Part shown: positions 28,185 to 40,171 of the stretch, in pieces | Position numbering within the stretch: position 1 is the first letter of the stretch | Layout of the letters: every line of letters starts with the position of its first letter | Notes under the pieces: generated by a model | Told to the model about the DNA's origin: nothing | Database searches by the model: none | Seen by the model: only the letters and a program-made list of their open reading frames with translations | Position numbers and translations under genes: made by a program | Origin: Octopus vulgaris | Taxonomy: Eukaryota | NCBI GenBank assembly: GCA_951406725.2 | Contig: OX597820.1 | Coordinates: 109,864,001-109,928,000 of the forward strand | Reading direction: 5' to 3' | Length of the DNA stretch: 64,000 nucleotides

Positions 28185-29669
28185 CACTTCCACTATCTCC
28201 AACACCTCTGTCTCCTTCCTCGACATTTCGGTTAGCATTCTTCACTCCACTCTTACCACCTCCATTCACTACAAACACACAGACTCACACTCATACCTCA
28301 ACTTCTCTTCCTCCCACCCAGAACACACCAAGCTTTCCATCCCCTATTCCCAATTCCTCCGTCTACGTAGGCTCTGTAGTGACGACCATGACTTTGAGAC
28401 TCAGTCTAACGTATGGCTCACCACTTCACCCTACGTGGATACCCCCTCACCACTATCCACACCGCCCTTGCCAGAGCACGGTCCGTGGACCGTGTATCTG
28501 CTCTCTCTCCCCGAACCCGCCCTGTAGTCTCCCGCCTCCCTTTTCCCCTCACTTACCACCCCACGACCCTACGTCTCCAACGCACCATTCTTCGAGCTTT
28601 CCGTCATCTCCAGTCCGACCCGTCCACTTCACACCTCTTCCCTAACCGACCCCTCCCCTCTTTCAAACGAGCCCACAACATTCGAGACCTTTTGGTCCAT
28701 AGCTCCTTCCCTGACCCTACCTCCCAACCCGGCTCGTTCCCCTGCTCCCGCCCACGTTGCCGCACTTGCCCTTACCTCTCCAACACCACCCGCCTCACTA
28801 GCACCCACCATCGACCCTATCCCATCATCCACTCCTTCACCTGCACCTCCAGCAATATTATCTATTGCATCTCTTGCTCTCTCTGCAATTCCTTGTACAT
28901 CGGACAAACGGGACGCCGCTTGGCTGACCGGTTCGCGGAACACCTTCGTGACATCCACCTTGCGAACGACACACCGGTCTCACGCCATTTCCGCTCCACC
29001 GGTCACTCCTTGCAACACCTATCTGTGTTCGGTTTGTCCTTACACAGAGGCCATCCGGATTCCCGTTTGCGCCGTGAACAGGAATTAATCTTCTCTCTTC
29101 GCTCTTATACGCCATTTGGTCTCAACTCTCCCCCCTCCTCATCTAACCCCCCTCTCCCCCCTCCTCACCTATCCTTTCCCCCCGACCCCTACTTCTTCAG
29201 TTCTTCATCCTTTCACCCCTACTCCCCTTCCCTTCTTCCCTCTTTCTCCCTCCCTCCTTCCCTCACTCCCTCACTCCCCTTCTCTCTCCCCCTCTCCCTA
29301 TTTCCTCCACCCTCCTCCCCTTCCTTCTCCCCCTCCTCTCCTCTTCCCCCTCCTCCTCCTCTTCTTCCCATCCCCTTCTCTCCCCCTCCCCCTCTTCTCC
29401 TCACTACACCACACGACTTTACACATCACATCATATATGATGTGCCATACTAATACATACACCAACTAATACATACTAATACGTACTAATACATACTAAT
29501 ACATACACCAACCCTATACATACACACGTCCAGACCCCTCATACGCACTTATACTCTCTCATACACACACACACACTTATACATACTAATACGTACTAAT
29601 ACATACTAATACATACACCAACCCCATACATACGCACGTCCAGCCCAATCCTACGCACTAATACTCTCT

Positions 29670-29714
<45 letters not shown>

Positions 29715-30081
29715 TATACATACTAATACATACACCAACCCTATACATACACACGTCCAGACCCCTCCTACGCACTATTAGCTGGTCCTTCAACCCTATT
29801 ATCAACCCTATTATCTCCCCTTATTTCGCTCTCGCGTCTCATGTTTGATCTTTGACCTCTGGCCGAAATCAGATCGCCACGTTGATTCGTTAGCTACTGC
29901 ACGCATTTTTTTTCTCTCCTTTCTGTGTTTTTTTTCTCTCTGTGTATCTTTCTGTTGAAGAGCGTAGGCTCGAAACGTTAAAGACTTGTTTTATTTATAT
30001 TTCCTGAGTGCCATACTAATACAATTGTTCGTTTGTTTTCCATCTGCCTTCGTCTTTTGTCTATTTTCATAAAGCTTCCCG

Positions 30082-30082
<1 letters not shown>
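28185..30082 (+). mobile_element. 5'-truncated Penelope-like element (RT thumb, GIY-YIG endonuclease, 3' pLTR with hammerhead)
   Basis: FLDISV..LTTSIHYK.TDSHSYLNF.S.HP.H.K.SIPYSQFLRLRRLCS, then a frameshift at ~28410. Followed by C..PRCRTC and IYCISCSLC..LYIGQTGRRLADRFAEH...RREQELI..L...PFGLN. Both ends lie in TA-rich microsatellite. Confidence 0.9.
29947..29984 (+). ncRNA. Minimal type I hammerhead ribozyme motif of the PLE (variant core)
   Basis: TCTTT-CTGTTGA-A-GAGC-GTAG-GCTC-GAAA-CGT-T-AAAGA. 5-bp stem I, 4-bp stem II and palindromic AACGTT stem III. Confidence 0.7.
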
Positions 30083-30139
<57 letters not shown>

Positions 30140-31829
30140 AGATACATCTTTAATTAAACTATTGACCGCCTTAAAACAGGTTTCAACAGACAAATATTAC
30201 TATAATGGATAATATAAGCATATAACTACTTATACACACATACAATAAATACAGACACACACATTAGTCAGACATATAGCCACATATACACACACTGCAA
30301 GAATATATTTATTTATAAAGTTTAAACAGAACATGGAATGAAATGTATTTATTTATAAACTTTAAACTGAACTTCAATTGTTTTATAAACCTAACAGCGA
30401 ACCTGACGTAAATACACGAAGTTGACGACTTTCACTTCTGACAGCTAATAGCATGACAGTGTGCCAAATCTTCTTTTGCGCAATAATATATCAATAATTT
30501 GTTCACACTTCAATTTACTATTTTCTAGAAATGTTTCTTTTCTAAATTATTGATATATTATTATCTTTTTTCCTTGTGAAAATTCCGGGGGAGGGGGGCA
30601 CCCCCCCTTTCCGGACCAAAATATGGGATTTGCAGCATATTAGGAGGTCAGGGTACTTGATTCCACGCAAAAAATCCGAGTTTTTTTTTTTTTCTTAGTG
30701 AAAATCGTGCGGGTGTTAATCTGTAATTTTACCGAATATTTTAATCGTGTCCTTTAAACCGCTATAAGAAACATAAAACAAAGATTACAGAAATGCATAT
30801 TTATCCATGCTCAGTTGAAAAACAAACGTGAAGAGAAACATTTTCTTTTTAATTATTTTATTTATATAAATATAACATTTTATATTTATTTACAAGAAGA
30901 AAGATATCTTAGTCGTGAAGAAAAACGACTTTAAATTCCTTAGCTAATTTCTTTTTCTATCTAATACGTTAACCCACAAATCAAAATAGATTTGTGATTA
31001 ACGTAGACATGGCATAAAAATTTACCGTTGTCTCCAAAAGAGTGAGTGATGTGGATTTGAATAGCTACCAACGAACACTAAAGTCTCTCCCCAAATCCAG
31101 GGTTTTTGTAACTGCTCAACCTGACCAAGAAGAATCCTTATTCGAGCCGTTACACCAACAAATGGGAAAAGAGCGAAAATGATAATTCTTTGGCAAAGAC
31201 ACTACGTCATATTGCCAATTCGTGCCACATTTCAAAATGGCTAAAATGCTACTGCTACAGCAGGAAAGATTCCTCTTTTTAAAGCTGACGGTGACTTCCA
31301 GCAAATAAACAATAATTTGCCCGCGCTAAGCTGGTGTGTATGATAGGATTGAATAACCTGCGTAAAGCCAGAAAAACTTGACCATCACGTGACCAGGTTA
31401 TGTGACCACTTGTAGAAAACGCGTATGAGCCGATGTCTGGATATTTGAGCCTAATCGGTCAAATGATAATCATACATGTGTTATAATGAGAACCTTCACC
31501 GATCAATGTTCATTTTGTGCTGAGGAGGAAACCCGAAACCTTTTCCATCAGGCCTGAGAATAGAAAAGCTACTGTCACGACATCAGTGGATCCCAGCCTT
31601 TCTTCTGTTCATATCCTCTAAATATTGTACATATAATAAAATTCAATGTGTGTGTTACTTGTCGGTCACGCTAGAGGGAAAGAAGAGTAAAATAACAAGT
31701 GTAGTGGGCGTAGGCGATAGACAGATGCAAGACTTGAATGCTGTCCGTCTGCATATATATGCAAGCGGACAGCATTCAAAAGTTTTGCTCTAAAGACGCT
31801 GATATTTTAATCTATATAATAATCTACTT

Positions 31830-34337
31830 GTTCGTTGTTGCAAGACAGTGTGTGAGAGAGAATCGTGATGTTGTAGGAGAGAAATGTGTTCGCATGGATG
31901 ATGGTTCACTTGCGCTAAATGAGGATACAAAGAGAGAGGTTTGGAGACGCCACTGTGAAAGGTTGCTGAATAAAGAAAATGAATGGGAGAAAGAGAGTCT
32001 GCCGAATGTCGGCCAAACAGAGGGACCAGCTATCCAAGTTGACAGTACCTTGGTAGAAAAGGCAATTAGAAGTATGAAGACAGGGAATGCCCCCGGCCCA
32101 TCGAGAATTTCTGCAGAGATGCTCAAAATATCTGGCAGTGTCGGCTATAGCCTAGTCACCCGTATAGTTAACCAGGTGATACACGAAGGAGTCATACCCA
32201 ATGACTGGTGTAGCAGCATAATAGTCAACTGCAACAAAGGTAAAGGTGACGCCCTAGATACAAATAATTACAGAGGTATCAAGCTGTTGGATCAGGTAAT
32301 GAAGGTTACGGAGAGGGTCATAGCCCAACTGATTAGAGAGAGAGTCAGCTTGGATGAGATGCAGTTTGGTTTCGTGCCAGGGAAAAGCACCACTGATGCC
32401 ATATTTCTGGTAAGACAGCTGCAGGAGAAATTCCTAGCCAAAGATAAGTCCCTGTACCTGGCTTTCGTTGACATGGAGAAAGCCTTTGACAGGGTCCCCC
32501 GATCCCTTATCTGATGGTCAATGAGGAAACTAGGGATAGATGAATGGTTAGTGAGAGCTGTGCAAGCCATGTACAAAGACGCTGTAAGTAAGGTGAGGGT
32601 TGGCAACGAGTACACTGAAGAATTCCGGGTAGAAGTAGGGATCAGTCCTCAGCCCCCTCCTATTTATCATAGTCCTCCAGGCAATAATGGAGGAATTCTA
32701 GACTGGATGCCTCTGGGAGCTCCTCTATGCTGATGACCTTGCTCTAATTGCTGAGTCACTATCAGAACTTGAGAAGTTTCAAGTGTGGAAGCAAGGATTA
32801 GAATCAAAGGGCCTTAGAATCAACCTAGCTAAAACCAAAGTCCTAATAAGTAGGAAGGCAGGCAAACCACAAATCCCTTCAGGTAGATGGCCCTGCCCAA
32901 TCTGTAGTAGAGGTGTAGGTAGAAACTCCATAAGATGTACCCAATGTAAGCTATGGACACATAAGAGGTGCAGTAATATCAAAGGAAGGCTAACTGGGAA
33001 GATAGTTTTTATAGGGGGCAGATGCTCGGTAGCAATAAACACTGAAAATGCGCAGAGAACAACTTCCGCCACATTCCAGGGGGAAAAACTAGAGGTAGTT
33101 GATAGTTTCCGTTACTTAGGTGACCAAGTCAGTAGCGGAGGTGAGTACGCTGAAAGTGTAGCTGCTAGAGAAGAATAGCTTGGGCAAAGTTCAGAGAGCT
33201 CTTACCTCTGCTGGTGACAAAGAGCCTCTCGCTCAGAGTAAAAGGTAGACTGTATGACGCTCGTGTACAAACAGCCATGCTACATGGCAGTGAAACATGG
33301 GCTGTGACTGCTGAGGACATGCGTAAGCTCGTGAGGAATGAAGCCAGTATGATCCGATGGATGTGTAATGACAGTGTGCATACTCGACAGAGTGTAAGTA
33401 CCTTGAGAGAAAAGTTGGACCTAAGAAGCATCAGATGTGGTGTGCAAGAGAGACGACTGCACTGGTATGGTCATGTGGCGAGAATGGACGAGGATAGCTG
33501 TGTGTAAAAGTGTCACATCCTTGCGGTTGAGGAAACCTGTGGAAGCAGTCCGACCCAGGAAGACCTGGGATGAAGTGGTGAAGCACGACCTTCGAACTTT
33601 AGGCCTCACCGAGGAAATGACTAGTGACCGAGACTTTTGGAAATATGCTGTTCTTGAGAAGACCCGGCAAGCCAAATGAGACCATAACCCGTGGCCTATG
33701 CCAGGAGCGTAACCAGCCCACTTATGCGTACCTTTTCCTTCTTTGGACACTAAACTCTGCTTGCGAAAACCTGTTGAGGCAAGTGAAATCAAAATCAAAA
33801 TCAAATTCGATACTGGCATCCGTGCTAGCGGGGTGCAAAGAGCACCATACGAGTGTGATCGTTGACAGAGCAGCTAACCAGCGTCCGTGCCAGTGGCACA
33901 TAAAATGCACCATTCGAGTATGATCGTTACCAGCGTCGCTTTACTGGCACTTGTGCCCATGCTAGTAGGGTGCCAAGAGCACCATCCGAGCGTGATTGTT
34001 GCCAGATCGGCTAACTGGCTTCCGTGCCTGTGGCACATAAAAGGGCACCATTTGAGCGTGATCGTTACCAGCGTCGCCTTACTGGCACCTGTGCTGGTGG
34101 CATGTGAACAAAACATTCGAGCAAGGTTGTTGCCAGTACCACCTGACTGGCCCCTGTACCGGTGGCACGTAAAAAGCACCCACTACACTTTCGGAGTGGT
34201 TGGCGTTAGGAAGGGCATCCAGCTGTAGAAACTCTGCCAGATCAAGATTGGAGCCTGGTGCAGCCATCTGGTTCGTCAGTTAAATCGTCCAACCCATGCT
34301 AGCATTGAAAGCGGATGTTAAACGATGATGATGATGC
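31830..34337 (+). mobile_element. Young 5'-truncated RTE-clade LINE with PHD-like finger in ORF2, tandemly repeated 3' UTR and (GAT)n tail
   Basis: NYRGIKLL, MQFGFVPGKSTTDAIF, FVDMEKAFDRVPR, LYADDL, CPIC..C..C...H..C and MLHGSETW. Only a few disabling mutations. Confidence 0.93.
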
Positions 34338-35344
34338 TTAGGTAGTGTTGAGCCTAGTTGTGTAGGAACCATGACTAATACAGCTAACGGATATTTTGAA
34401 ATATAAGTGAAAAATGTTTAAGAAACATTCTCTCTATATGAAGATAAGTAATATAGGACCTTTTCGTTTTCTTCCAACAACTTGAAGGTTTATCTTGCTT
34501 CAGTCCATTCAGCTGGCCAATATGAGTTGTAGCTGTAATTGAAAGGAGCCGGCCTGGTCATATTCATTGTGAGGCTGAATCTCCCTGAGAACTTCGTTAA
34601 TGGTATGCATGTCTGTGGAGTACTCAGCCACTTGCGAGTTAATTTTATCCGTGTAGTAATGAAAAGTGATAGTGGCTTCCAATATTTGCTGTAGTTATTT
34701 CTCTTTGATTTTAAAATGTGTCTATGTATCTATGTATCAACTTTTCTTTCGATCTTTGTATGTACTGTCTCTCTCCCTTTCTCACTTTCTCTTTCACTTC
34801 CTCTGTGTTCCTCCTCTCTATCTCCCGCTTTTAATTCAACAATGTGTGTATGTATCTATGTATCAGCTTTTCTTTCAGTTTACCTATCTACTTTTCTTGT
34901 GATAAACTTTTAAAAACACAAAACGAACACTGTCACCACTCACTATCTCTTCCACTCTTTCTTTCTCTCTCTCTCTCTCTCTCACTCGCTCACTCACTCT
35001 CTTTCTCTGTTCTTTCCTCTCTGTCCTCTTCTTTCTCGCTTTGCCACTCACTTCTTCCTTTGAAGTAAATGAGACACACACCACATGTACGTACAAAAAG
35101 AACAAGTTGGCGTTAATTTTGACTAGATTCATTGTAGTTATATTTACTTTTATTTCGCATCCCATCATTTCTTGGTATAAAGTGGTCAACAGAAAGAAAA
35201 GTAAAGATAAGCAAGTATTTTATTGCTTGCTTCCAGTCATGAGAAAGGAAAAGAAAAAGACAAAGCAGATAAAGCAAACAGTCAAAAATTTGCTTTCCTT
35301 TCCTTTTCGTTCTATTGACAATTCGGCTAAAAGGCAAGCAGCAA

Positions 35345-35575
35345 AAATGTCTGCTTGCCTTTCAGCCGTGTTAAGCAGGTACGTTGTCAATTTTTTTCCT
35401 CTTGAGGTGCTGATGTTTGTTTTAGTGTTTCACTGGTACTTAATTTATCGACCCTGAAAGGATGAAAGACAAGTCGACCTCAGCAGAATTTGAACTCAGA
35501 ATGTAGCAGCGGACGAAATACCACTAAGCATTTCGCTCGGAGTGCTAATGATTTTCCAGCTCACCGCCTTCAAGT
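35345..35575 (-). mobile_element. SINE fragment
   Basis: 'ggtacttaatttatcgaccctgaaaggatgaaagacaagtcgacctcagcagaatttgaactc' is a tRNA-head/core SINE. Related decayed fragments occur at ~51400-52330. Confidence 0.55.
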
Positions 35576-35939
35576 TAACGAACAATAATAACAAGTCTGC
35601 AGGTGAAACGGAAGGATGGCCCATTTTCTATGTTATGAAGGGGGTTACTTATGAAGGTATACCATTTTTTGATGGTAAATAAGTCTAAATACTTTTTCCC
35701 TAATTTTGCAGGCAATATCTCCTGCTCCACTTGACTACTTCAGGTATTTTCTGCCTTTCAATACCAAAATTAATTTCTCTTCCAAAGAAAGAGTGACATT
35801 ATCTCTTTCTTTCAATTTTTCATTTGCATGTATGGAGACACTATGTTGTCTCAAAAATCTTAAAACTTTACTAACTAGATCGATCTATGACTTAACCTGG
35901 ATTTAATCCCATTTTATACAAACTTTGCTATCAATTATA

Positions 35940-36706
35940 CGAGGGACGTTCAATAAGTAATGCCCCTGACCCACTTGCAGTTGTTTGATCTAGCTGAAAT
36001 TTTGTATGTGCAATTATTTATATCTCTATAGATTAACTGGCAAATTACAGCTCTGAACTAAGTGTGGTTTCTGATTTACAGGTGTTTGAACTGAGTCAAG
36101 TGTGAAATAGAGCCTGTTGAGTGTCGAGCAGTAATCCGGTTTTTGTATTTAAAAGGACGCACACCACGGGAAACTTTTGATGAAATGGAAGTAACTTATG
36201 GTGATGATGCCCCATCATATGACCTTGTAAAACGCTGGCATCGTGAATTCAAACATGGTCGGAACTCTGTGGAAACAGCTCCCAGATCTGGTCGCCCCCT
36301 TCTGCCATTGATGAGGCATCTGTCCGTCAAGTTGAGGCTGCCATTTTGGAAGATCGACGCATAACTATTCGCCAAATAGCCCTTGAGGTCAAGATTAGTA
36401 CCGGGTCTGTGGAAACTATCATTCATGACCATTTGCATATGCAAAACGTGTCTGCCAGATGGAGTCTCAGGTTGCTCACACCTTTCCAGAAGCAAGAACG
36501 CGTCGAGTGCTCGAGGATGAATTTGGAGATGTGCCAAGAAGATGAGTCAAAACTTTTCAAAAGACTGATTACACAGGATGAAACCTGGGTCCATCACTAT
36601 GATCCAGAAACCAAAGCCCAGTCAATGCAGTGAAAGCACAGTGACTCACCTCCTCCAAAGAAAGACAAGGGTGCAGCCCTCCGCTGGCAAGGTCATGCTC
36701 ACAGTA
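35940..36706 (+). mobile_element. Mariner transposon, 5' part (3'-truncated), related to 12876-13869
   Basis: TA followed by CGAGGGACGTTCAATAAGT TIR. CRAVIRFLYLKGRTPRETFDEM, RSGRP, ITQDETWVHHYDPETK and GKVMLTV, then an abrupt end. Confidence 0.9.
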
Positions 36707-38700
36707 CTATTTATATCTGGAGAAAGTATACCTAATTTTATGAAGACATGAGACATTGCGTTCCTTAAAATTGTTAATGATCAGTAGATTAGCCCTAATT
36801 AGAAAGAAAATTTCATTAATGCATAATGAACATTTTCTATTTTTATTATTATACGCAGGTGCAGATATAAGTATTTTCCATTGTAAATTATAATTTATTT
36901 TTTTATCCTTAAGTTCCCATATATATGTACTTATCCCTGAAGAATTACTCCTATTTCTATTTTTAAAAGTATATCTGTGATAATTAAGTCTTTGTTTCAA
37001 ATTCTTCTTCTTAGCTACAATATAGACTTTTCTGTCGTATTGTGTACTTACTATACATTGATATACTACCTCCTTCCTAATGCAGTCATTATTAAATACA
37101 CAATTTTCTTTTATCCTACAATTACACTTATTAATTTGTTGTACATGGTTTACTTTTTTGTGATTAATTGTTACTGCATTATTAAATATCTCTTCATTTG
37201 AAGATAGGTTAGAAATTCTTTTACTTATGCTTAGTAGTAGTGCTTTTTTTTATTTGTGGAGGGTGATTACTAGAATTATTTATATATCTTAAATTGGAAT
37301 TTTGTTTCACATAAGGTTCATGGAGTCCAGTATTAAGGTTACAATTCACATCTAGATAATTAATAGAATAATTTTCATTTTCGATAGTAATGGATAGGCC
37401 GAAATTATTAAAGAATTTATGCAAGCGTTTTTTTAAGTATTTCTAGATAACTATTCGAAAGATTCTTAACTAGGAATAATGCATGGTCTCTATAAATGCC
37501 ACCATTTAATTCAGGGAATTCCTTACTTATATTGTCTAATGAATAAATCCCTACCAAATCTGTCGTTTCCGCTGAATCCGGCGATCCCATTGTAATATCA
37601 AATAAAACTGGTGTATCCTTTCTAGCCCATAGTTGATTGTCAAATTCTATAACAGTTTTTTCTTGCCGCTAGTATTACCTTAATTTCCCTCATGCTAATA
37701 TTCGTATATTTCCTTACAAAAATTAAAGCTTTATTAAGTATTACTGGGTTAATCAATGAATAATAATTTTGAATATCAAATTGGATTAATTTATGGTTTC
37801 TACCGTTATCAACCTTAATACTGGAAAACCATTCCAATGCACCTTGTGTGTTTTTCCATAAATTAAGCTTAATTTTATTTCTAATTATAGGTATATATTT
37901 GTCTAGAATTAATTTACTTAATTTGCCTAAGTCAGATTTATTTGGACAGGTTAGTTTGACCTGTGTTGTATTAGGGAAGTTCTCTTTATGGTCCTTAATT
38001 GTTATATGTGGTCTATATCTTCTAAATTATAATCATACATTATATTTCTAGCTTCTAAATTCAATTTTCGAAGTGTAGCATAAGGTACAACCTTATATTT
38101 TTATATAATTTCTCTGAGTAATAGTTCATGGTATGTTTGAGTGTCTATGTTATATATATTACCAGTCTTATCCGAATGTGTTAAATACCATTTTTGTTCT
38201 TAAAAGTTCTAATAATTTCTTTTAATTTTCTTTGGTAGGGATTGTGCCTTAGTGGATGATTCCTGAACTTGATATTTTTAATGGTACTCCATAGATCTTG
38301 TTCGAAGTTGTCCAAGTATTTATTAGGTGGTGGTGCCTTTCTGGATTTAAATGTATTCTTAGTAATTTCCATTATTTCCTCGTAGTTACTTCTGATTCTT
38401 GCATACTTGTGGTAATCTTTATCTTCATAGTTCAATTTAGTGAGATTCTTTTCATGGGTATAGATTTTCCATCGTATTCTATGGATAAATTCGTTAATCT
38501 TATATATTAATTCTTTGATGTAATAGTCCTTAATTGGTGTGGGTATATCTTTTAGTGATGGATCAATCCGTATTATCTCCATATTTCCAACAGTATTCAT
38601 TTTGAAGGATTATTGTACTATACTTAAATGTATTCACTTATACTAACAATACTCCAAATATTGCATAGATAATTCATACATATACAAGTATTAGCAGTAG
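36707..38700 (-). mobile_element. Penelope-like element, Naiad-type, near full-length but disrupted
   Basis: SLKDIP...FIHRIRWK...FKS..PP..FEQDL..IKNIKFR, SDKTGNIY, QFDIQNYY, INYLDV, SSNHPP, CNC...C...VVYQC and STYIWELK...W.IL...CSLC...CLHK. Confidence 0.88.
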
Positions 38701-38709
38701 ATATTCCTA

Positions 38710-39457
38710 CAAGGTCTGATCAATAAGTATCCGGACTGTTGCCATAGTAACGAAGCTAAAGCATGCAGAGTAGAGCTGCTTGGCAAAGATTGATCTTGTA
38801 GCGTGTGATCGTAGCATTGACCATGACAAAGAAATTTAAGCTGAAAATCTACATCAAATTTTACCAAAAGCTTGGTGATATCTGCTCAGAGGCCCACGTA
38901 AAGTTTTCATCATTCTCGACACAATCAAGGATCTTGTACAATTGAAGCCCGAGTATCTTTTTGGTCAGCTGAAAGCAATTTTGGCAGACACGCGTTTCAT
39001 ACCCAAATCTTCAGTGATAATGGGACTGAACTGAACCGTAACTAATCTGCACATCCTCTGATAATTCACGGATGGTAATTCGTTGATTTTCCCTCGCAGA
39101 TGCATGTACATCTGCAATGTTTTTCCTAGTTCTGCTCGTTGCAGGTCTCCTACAACATTCGTAAATATCGACATTTTTTCAGCCATCTTGGAAACGTTTG
39201 AACTACTCGTACACTTGTGTGCAGTTCATGCACTCCTCTCCATACACTTTCTGCAACTTTGCATAGGCCTCTGAGCAGGTACTGCCACAATAACTTCCTT
39301 CCAAGCACTGCTGTAAACATCAGAAATGAGCTAGAATACTAAAACTTAGTGCACATGCACGGCAGAGTTCAAAGTCAAGCTGTGCCAAGCGGCTTCACTT
39401 TGCGTGCTTTAGCTTCGTTACTCTGATAACATCCGGGTACTTATGGATCAGACCCCC
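38710..39457. mobile_element. Internally rearranged non-autonomous mariner
   Basis: ~55-bp inverted termini (GGTCTGATCAATAAGTATCCGGA...GTAACGAAGCTAAAGCA / TGCTTTAGCTTCGTTAC...TCCGGGTACTTATGGATCAGACC). Transposase relic EDLGMKRVSAK on -. Confidence 0.75.
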
Positions 39458-39469
39458 CCCACACACACA

Positions 39470-39502
39470 TATATGTATGTATGTATGTATGTATGTATAT
39501 GA

Positions 39503-39563
<61 letters not shown>

Positions 39564-39580
39564 CAGATAGACACACACAC
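39470..39580. repeat. Compound microsatellite (GTAT)n-(GATA)n; one of many (e.g. 26690-26800, 40580-40660, 53775-53880, 61535-61665, 63870-64000)
   Basis: Seen directly in the sequence. Confidence 0.95.
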
Positions 39581-39759
39581 AAATAACCACATAAATGCGA
39601 AACAAAGTGGAAAAAATAGTACTCGAATACCGAAGGTTGAGTAATATGCTTCTTTCTATTATTAAAGCGGCAAGAACATCACAAAAAACTGCCACTCAGT
39701 GTTAGCAGTCTTTTTGCGATGTCTTTACAGTTTGAATGATAATAATACAAAAGTATTAT

Positions 39760-39972
39760 ACTCTTTTACTCTTTTACTTGTTTCAGTCATTTAACTGCGG
39801 CCATGCTGGAGCACCGCCTTTAGTCGAGCAACTCGACCCCGGGATTTATTCTTTTTGTAAACCCAGTACTTATTCTATCGGTCTCTTTTTGCCAAACCGC
39901 TAAGTGACGGGGACGTAAACACACCAGCATCGGTTGTCAAGCAATGCTAGGGGAACAAACACAGACACACAA

Positions 39973-40023
<51 letters not shown>

Positions 40024-40171
40024 TACGACAGGCTTCTTTCAGTTTCCGTCTACTAAATCCACTCACAAGGCATTGGTCAGCCCGGGGCTATAGCAAAAGA
40101 CACTTGCCCAAGATGCCACGCAGTGGGACTGAACCCGGAACCATGTGGTTGGTTAGCAAGCTACTTACCAC

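Larger units (their letters stand above)
25951..30733. mobile_element. Foldback-type non-autonomous DNA transposon with ~650-780-bp TIRs (GGTAA termini; Merlin- or MULE-like)
   Basis: GGTAAAATTACAGATTAACACCCGCACG at 25951 is the reverse complement of the sequence ending at 30733. Arms are 25951-~26730 and ~30083-30733. GAATATTTT occurs at 25934-25942 and 30734-30742. Confidence 0.85.

Noticed and set aside
26611-28278. YI/VC-repeat ORFs here and at 6.1-7.4, 39.4-40.7, 44.9-45.3 and 61.3-63.6 kb
   Set aside because: These are translations of (TA)n, (TG)n and (GA)n microsatellites.
29116-29469. Proline-rich protein tail
   Set aside because: Polypyrimidine tract in the PLE 3' region. The endonuclease homology ends at PFGLN.
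33780-34180. CRISPR-like array
   Set aside because: Degenerate tandem units without unique spacers, located in a LINE 3' UTR in a eukaryotic intron, with no cas genes.
36707-37200. Selenocysteine recoding as described for some Naiad PLEs
   Set aside because: The Cys positions read in the CNC..C..C and CSLC motifs are TGT/TGC, not TGA. The 3' UTR that could hold a SECIS is missing.
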